DNA of 64,000 nt from the human T2T-CHM13v2.0 reference genome, Homo sapiens, in the NCBI RefSeq assembly GCF_009914755.1, contig NC_060928.1. One strand, 5' to 3'. A model generated the notes under the pieces. That model did no database searches. It saw only the letters and a list, made by a program, of their open reading frames with translations, and was not told the origin of the DNA. This document shows positions 58,001 through 64,000 of this stretch, in pieces. A program made the translations under genes and the position numbers. Positions within the stretch are counted from its first letter, which is position 1. Every line of letters begins with the position of its first letter.

Positions 58001-58860
58001 ATTTATGGCACCTCCCGAAAATTGCAATAGTAATATCAAAGATCACTGACCACAGATCAGCACAACAAATATTATAATAATTCTAAAGTTTGAAATATTG
58101 TGAGAACTGCAAAAATGATGTGACACAGAGCTAAAAAGTAAACACATGCTGTTAAAAAATGGCACCTTGGCTTGAGTTGCTCAACATAAGGTTGCCACAA
58201 ATCTTCATTTTGTAAGAAAATGCAATAGCTGCAAAACATAATCAAGTGAAACACAGTAAAACAAGATATAACTGTAGTTTTTTTTTCTTGAAATTCACTC
58301 TTAATTATGGTATAAAAGCATTTTTGGAAATTATAGGTTTGAATGTATTTTTTATGTAAAAATGTCATTGATTTTCTCTTGTTTATTTAATAAAGCCCAA
58401 ACATTTAAGAAAAATGTACAAAGCTTAAATCACTCCTACTGACTTCTCTCTTGTAACTTTCTTCCTCACTTCACTTTCAGGAACACTATATTCTTGACCC
58501 CAAGAATTTTAACACTGTAATGAGTATCCCATGCTTTCCTGTTCCTCTGGGCCTTTGTTCTTGTTGTTCTCACTGCCTAAAATTTTATTTCCTTCTTTCA
58601 ACCCAGTGGAATTCACCTATCCTTCAAGGCATAACTTAAATTACATCTTCTCTCTGAGATCTTTATGTTACCAATTCCCACTCCTCCATCTTGGCAGAAT
58701 CCATTACTCCTTCCTTAGGGCTCCAAAAAAGTCTTTGTATTAATCCTTACTGTAGAGCTTATTACAATATATTTCATTTTATTTTTGTGCTCTGAGGCAT
58801 GGCTGTATTCTCCCTTGACATTTAAGAAGGTTTAGTATAATCAGTTTTCTGTTTTAACTT
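55050..58860 (+). mobile_element. Fragmented L2 hosting a MIR (~55345-55580, minus) and Tigger1
   Basis: catccattcagttatccaggctagaaacc before Tigger1; aaagcccaaacattt..ggcctttgttcttgttgttctc..ccttcaagg after it. Confidence 0.55.
55857..58274 (-). mobile_element. Full-length Tigger1 DNA transposon (2418 bp) with decayed pogo/TIGD1-like transposase
   Basis: Termini caggcatac.. and ..gatataactg|ta; ORF 56353-56691 WKKLIPVFIDDFEGFKTS..ELELEVEPEDVTELLQSHD is the Tigger1 transposase C-terminus; many stops. Confidence 0.93.
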
Positions 58861-59329
58861 GAATATGAATACAAAAAAATCAATATAAGGAAGGAACAAA
58901 AATGTTTTCCACATATTGCACAAAAAATGTATGAAATTTGTTTTCCTTTGTCTCTTTTTTTATGCTATGCTCAAGGTTAGCCAATTTGGGACTATGATTA
59001 TAATGATAAAATATAATAGGCAATTAGAATGAAATAAATACAAACATTCATCTAACTTTTTTTCTGAATGTTTCTATTTGGCCCCTTGTTAATAATAATT
59101 AAAGATGTAAATTCATTAGAATTTCCCAATTCTCTTCATACAAATAAAGGTAATTTTATTATTCCCATAGTGTCTATGATATAGACAATTTCACATCTGT
59201 TCTCCTTTGTAATTTTTATTGTGAGCTGTACATGTGTCAGCTTAGATTAATAATTGTCACTAAGAGCTTCTTTGCTTTATATTTCAAATTTATTTAATGA
59301 CTATTATTCAGGGGTTTTTCAAGCACAAC

Positions 59330-59575
59330 AGTTGAGAAGAAGTTTGAGATCGTTTAAAGAATAAGGAGTTTGAAATAAAACAGACCTAGGATCCAATTTG
59401 AGTTCTACTACTTAATTGATTAGAGGCATATACTAAATCTCTCTGAATTTCAGTTTTGGCTTCTCTAATATGGAGTAAGAATGACTATTTGGAAACTTGT
59501 TTTGAGCTTTAAAAGTTGTGTAACTAAAGGTCCTACCCTAAAGCAGTAGGCACTCCATAATTGGCAGTTATTATT
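59330..59575 (+). mobile_element. MIR SINE
   Basis: cagacctaggatccaatt..aaatctctctgaatttcagttt..gtaggcactccataattggcagttattatt. Confidence 0.75.
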
Positions 59576-60229
59576 GCTACTCATATTACTATAAGGAATA
59601 GATTGTTCCTGGAGTCTTTCTAAAATTTTTTTCATCATCTACAATGTCATCATGAATCATGCAGTGTCATGGTTACGGTAGGCTTGTCTTTAGTGTTTGA
59701 CTGAATTATGTGTGCTGTGTCAGAATGGAAGTTACATGATGAATGTGCGAGTAGAAACCTCTCCTACACTGTTGATTTACTTGTGTTCTCTTTGAGTTGT
59801 GAAAGCAGCCTTACTAGCTGACCTAGAGTTTGAGTCACTTTCCCCTTCTGATTCTCAGTTGAAGAAAGATTGAATCTTGGAATGACAATACCTAATTATT
59901 TTTAAAAATTTATAGAATGTAGTAAGTTATTGCTTACTTCAAATCCTCTACATTAAGTGTTTGCTTTAAACTTGGCTTCAGAATATTCTTAAAACACGTT
60001 CTTGAACACTTTTATGCATCTGCATTTCATCTTGTTTGTTTTTTGAAAAACTGTCTGAAGTGGCTATTCTTTACATTCTAATGGCTGTGGAAAAGAATGC
60101 TTATAGTTCTTAATGTTTGTAGTAGTTACCTAATAATACAAGAGCAGGTATCCATAGATGATAACATACTCAAGCAAAAGAAAAACAGTTAAACTTCATA
60201 TTTAAGTTGTTAAATTTACATATTAAGGA

Positions 60230-60620
60230 GTGAATGAAGAAACTAGAGGGAGCTATTTAAGATGGAGATTAGCACTGGAGCAAAGGCTCGGCACTGAGAA
60301 TATGAGATGCAGTGGTGAGAATAATCTACTAGGTTTACTCACATCAGGTGTATGCTACGGTGGGAGTGAAAGAATGAGATTAAATTAAAATAGAAGATCA
60401 TTGAAAGAGAGGGGATCCAGGTATTAACTGACAAGGGAGCGAAGAGATCATCTAGGAAGATACTAATATCATAAAAAACAATGCAAACATTAGTGTAGGA
60501 AAGAATTTCCTCGAGTAACTGAAATTATTGAGAAATGAGAGTGTTTGATTTAGATACTTGTAGATAACTGGGACAACAATGGGTTGACTAAATGAAATTC
60601 ATATGAGATTCAAAGGTGGA
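60230..60620 (-). mobile_element. L2 fragment
   Basis: Purine-rich: gatttagatacttgtagataactggga..aatgggttgac..aggtggagttc. Confidence 0.45.
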
Positions 60621-60964
60621 GTTCTTAATTTCCTCCTTATCAGCAAATCATTTTATCCTGCGAAAATATAGTGCTTTGCTGCTTTCAAAGTATATCCTTT
60701 TACTCTATTGTTGTTGTTGTTTTTCTCATAGAAAATAGCTCTTTCTCATAGACGAGAGCTTTTCTAATGTTAATAATTTAGCTTTACTTCGCTCTCTGTT
60801 TTCAGGCTGCTCCCTGATGTTGCCACACAAACAGGATAAAAATTCTTATTGTTATTCCAGTCTTGCTTTAATCCTACTTTTGCTCCGTTTCTTTGCATCT
60901 ACTGGAGAAATATCATTTTCAAAATATGGATAGTTTTAAAATTCAAACCTTATATAAAATAGAC

Positions 60965-61150
60965 AAAATTGGGTTATATAATCAAATAAGTTTGGGGAAA
61001 TGTGGGCTAAAAAAGATATAAACTTCTCAGAGTCTTTAATAAGCTGATGGCTTTGTGTAAGAGACGTGTATTAAACTTTGTTTCTCCAGTGCTTTTGTCA
61101 TGTATCATCTTGAAGAATCAGTGTTCCTCAAGGTGAGTTTTGATATATTC
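60965..61150. mobile_element. hAT-Charlie MITE remnant
   Basis: tcaaataagtttggggaaatg..acttctcagagtctttaata..agtgttcc. Confidence 0.45.
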
Positions 61151-61254
61151 CGAACTTAAGCTATGTAGACTTCATTTACTCTGTGTTTTGGCTTGTAAAT
61201 AAATGAAAACTTACAATATCCAAAACTTACAAAGCACTTTTCTGGGGAGAGGGT

Positions 61255-61610
<356 letters not shown>

Positions 61611-62438
61611 GATTAAACGAAGATCTAGGGGTCCAACTATTGTGGAGTGAGGATAGAAAATGATGACCAGAAAACCATAAGATTAGTTACAGACAAAGAA
61701 TATACCTGCTATATATTTCTGAAGATATTGTCAAACAACCATTACAGGACTACTTTCACAGCAACTTTTGTTGGGCTGAAAAAGTATGGACAAGACCACA
61801 TAGTAATCCCTGCCTAACATGCAGGGATTATGCAGGGCTAAACATCCAAAGACCTGATTAAAAAATATTTCTATAGTGTTTCTATCTCATGTATGGGGAA
61901 ATAGCCCAGAAATAGTAGAGATAATGCAGAGGAGTGTGTAGGCTTTTATGTGATGTGAGCAGTTGCACTCTCCATATTTAACACTAAAAATAGAACCTGT
62001 TTGTGCATCTGTATGCGTGCAAGTGTGTGTGCCTGTATTTGTGTGTGTGTGCATGTGTGTTTGTTATTTTGTTGTATTTTTAATGCCTAGTTGGCTTACT
62101 GTATATTTTTATGTTTGCTTTGTTTGAAAAAGCAGCCATATCGTTTAACCTTTTGTGAGCTGATGTCTTTAATTAAAATTGGTCTTAGGCAGATAAGCAT
62201 AGATGTTTTGTTTTAAACAGGCTGACAGTAAGCCTAACCCTTAACTTAAAAGTCCATAGACGCTTCCACAAACAATGTAAGCTAAATGCAAATGTGTTTG
62301 TCTATTAAAAAATTTACTAAACTTTTTGTATATACAGGCATTATTCTAAGGGAGATACTATATTATTCATTAGATAACAGATCCTTTACTCCTGAGTCTT
62401 CCTAAGACAGTAAAATTTTTTCCAAAGTTATGCATTTG

Positions 62439-62475
<37 letters not shown>
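62439..62475. repeat. (TC)n(TG)n compound microsatellite
   Basis: Read directly from the sequence. Confidence 0.9.
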
Positions 62476-62894
62476 AATATGTAGCTCTGATACATCAGGG
62501 CCGCTTAAGTTTTTGATATACAACATTATAGATGAGAGTAGACATTTTGATTGAGTGTCTTCTTGTCTTCTGAAACGTTCTGCTGTCTCCAATTCATTCT
62601 GCACTGTGTAATTTGAGACAGTTTGAAATTAACTTTGCTATGTAAATTACAGGCCATGGCGTTTTTGTTGAATTGGATCAAATAGAAATGCAGGAGAAAT
62701 TGGTTACAGTTAGAAACTATTACTCAAAAACTTCTCATTTGGATCTTAACTATAAACTTTTTTTTTATTCATAAAAAAACTTTTTTTATTCATAATTAAA
62801 TTAAATAGGGAGAAGAGGCTCTAAAATTAAAAGTGATTTGAAGAAGTTGAAGTCTTTTTAGGGAAAAACTCTGTAAAGGAAAAGATAAACATTT

Positions 62895-63189
62895 AATTTT
62901 ATTTTTGAGACAGGACCTTGCTCTGTCACCCAGGCTGGAGTGCAGTGCTGCAATCATGGCTCATTGCAGCCTCTACATTCTGGGCTCCAGCAATCCTCCT
63001 GCCAAGCCTTCTGATTAGCTGGGACTATAGGTGTAAACCACCATGCCTGGCTAACTTTTAAAAAATTTTTGTAAAGACAGGGTTTCACTATGTTGCCGAG
63101 TTGGTGTGGAACTCCTGAGCTCAAATGATCCTCCTGCCTCAGCCTCTCAAAGTGTTGGAATTATAGGCATGAGCCATGATGCTTGGCCC
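62895..63189 (-). mobile_element. AluJ
   Basis: atcatggctcattgcagcctc; cactatgttgcc; gagctcaaatgatcctcctgcc diagnostics; high divergence. Confidence 0.9.
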
Positions 63190-64000
63190 TCATTTTATGT
63201 TTTGAATAAGAAATTATTTGGCTTCAAATTAAATTATAAAAGACAAGTACATGGAATTTTCATTTAATATTTAGGGCTCTCAAACAAGCGTTAGTGTCAA
63301 CTACATATATATTCTAAACACCAGTAATTTTGTTGTTGTTGTTCAATATTTCCTTTGGAAAGTGCACTTAGTATCAACCATAACAATGAAATGCTATCAT
63401 CAGAGGTTTTTCTATTGTTTTGAAAATAATTTCAATACCTTTGGGGATGTGAATAAAATAATGCTAAAACTATTAACAATTACTTTTTTCAGGTATATTA
63501 ATTTCTGTCTATAATCATTTGGCAACTTATTTTGAAAGCATGTTGTCTAACGTGTTAAAGATTACAAAGTCTCAGTTCAGATCATGCTTCTCATTTGTTG
63601 CTCAATCCATTTTTTGTAAAATAAAAAATGTTTGCCCTATTTATAGGTTTTGTAATTAGTAGTGGTAAACCAATTCCACTGCTAGAATTTTTTAAATGAA
63701 TTATTACACAAGGGCTATATTGACTAAATTCGCACCTGTGTTATAGTGGAATGTACTAAAAATATCACTTACTTGAATTTTTCAGTGCTTAGCAGCGCAA
63801 GTTTAGTAAGATTTATTTCATATTCTTTTTAAAAGCTTCATAAACCTCATCTGTTTGCGTATTCTATTTTCTTCCACTCTAAATCTGACCTGTTATTGAC
63901 TTGTTTGTGTCGTTTGCTATATCCAGTTGTAGAAATTTAAGTCACCTTTATGCAATTCGCACCGTACTTATATAAGCAATTATTTCTTCATTTATGTGAT

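Overview
This is primate (human or great-ape type) AT-rich, repeat-dense genomic DNA. It contains AluY/S/J, L1PA2 through old L1M, L2, MIR, MaLR/ERV LTRs and DNA transposons. I found no recognisable cellular protein-coding exon, RNA gene or CRISPR array; the long ORFs belong to LINE-1, Tigger1 or simple repeats. Main elements: a full-length but inactivated L1PA4-like LINE-1 (7941-14120, minus, 13-bp TSD) whose antisense ORF0 is still open; an LTR-internal-LTR MLT1 provirus; a solo ERV1 LTR with a 4-bp TSD; an MLT2A LTR; a 5'-intact, 3'-truncated older L1 (31190-36460); and a full-length Tigger1 (2418 bp). The most unusual structure lies inside the older L1: an 84-bp hairpin-containing unit repeated about 4.5 times and closed by a 75-bp inverted copy of the upstream L1 sequence, next to a second fold-back palindrome. 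Other fold-backs occur elsewhere, notably a pre-miRNA-sized hairpin made of two opposed L2 copies at 7213-7301. Subfamily names come from recalled consensus sequences, not from a database search. I see no evidence for a new biological system beyond these rearrangement-derived structures.
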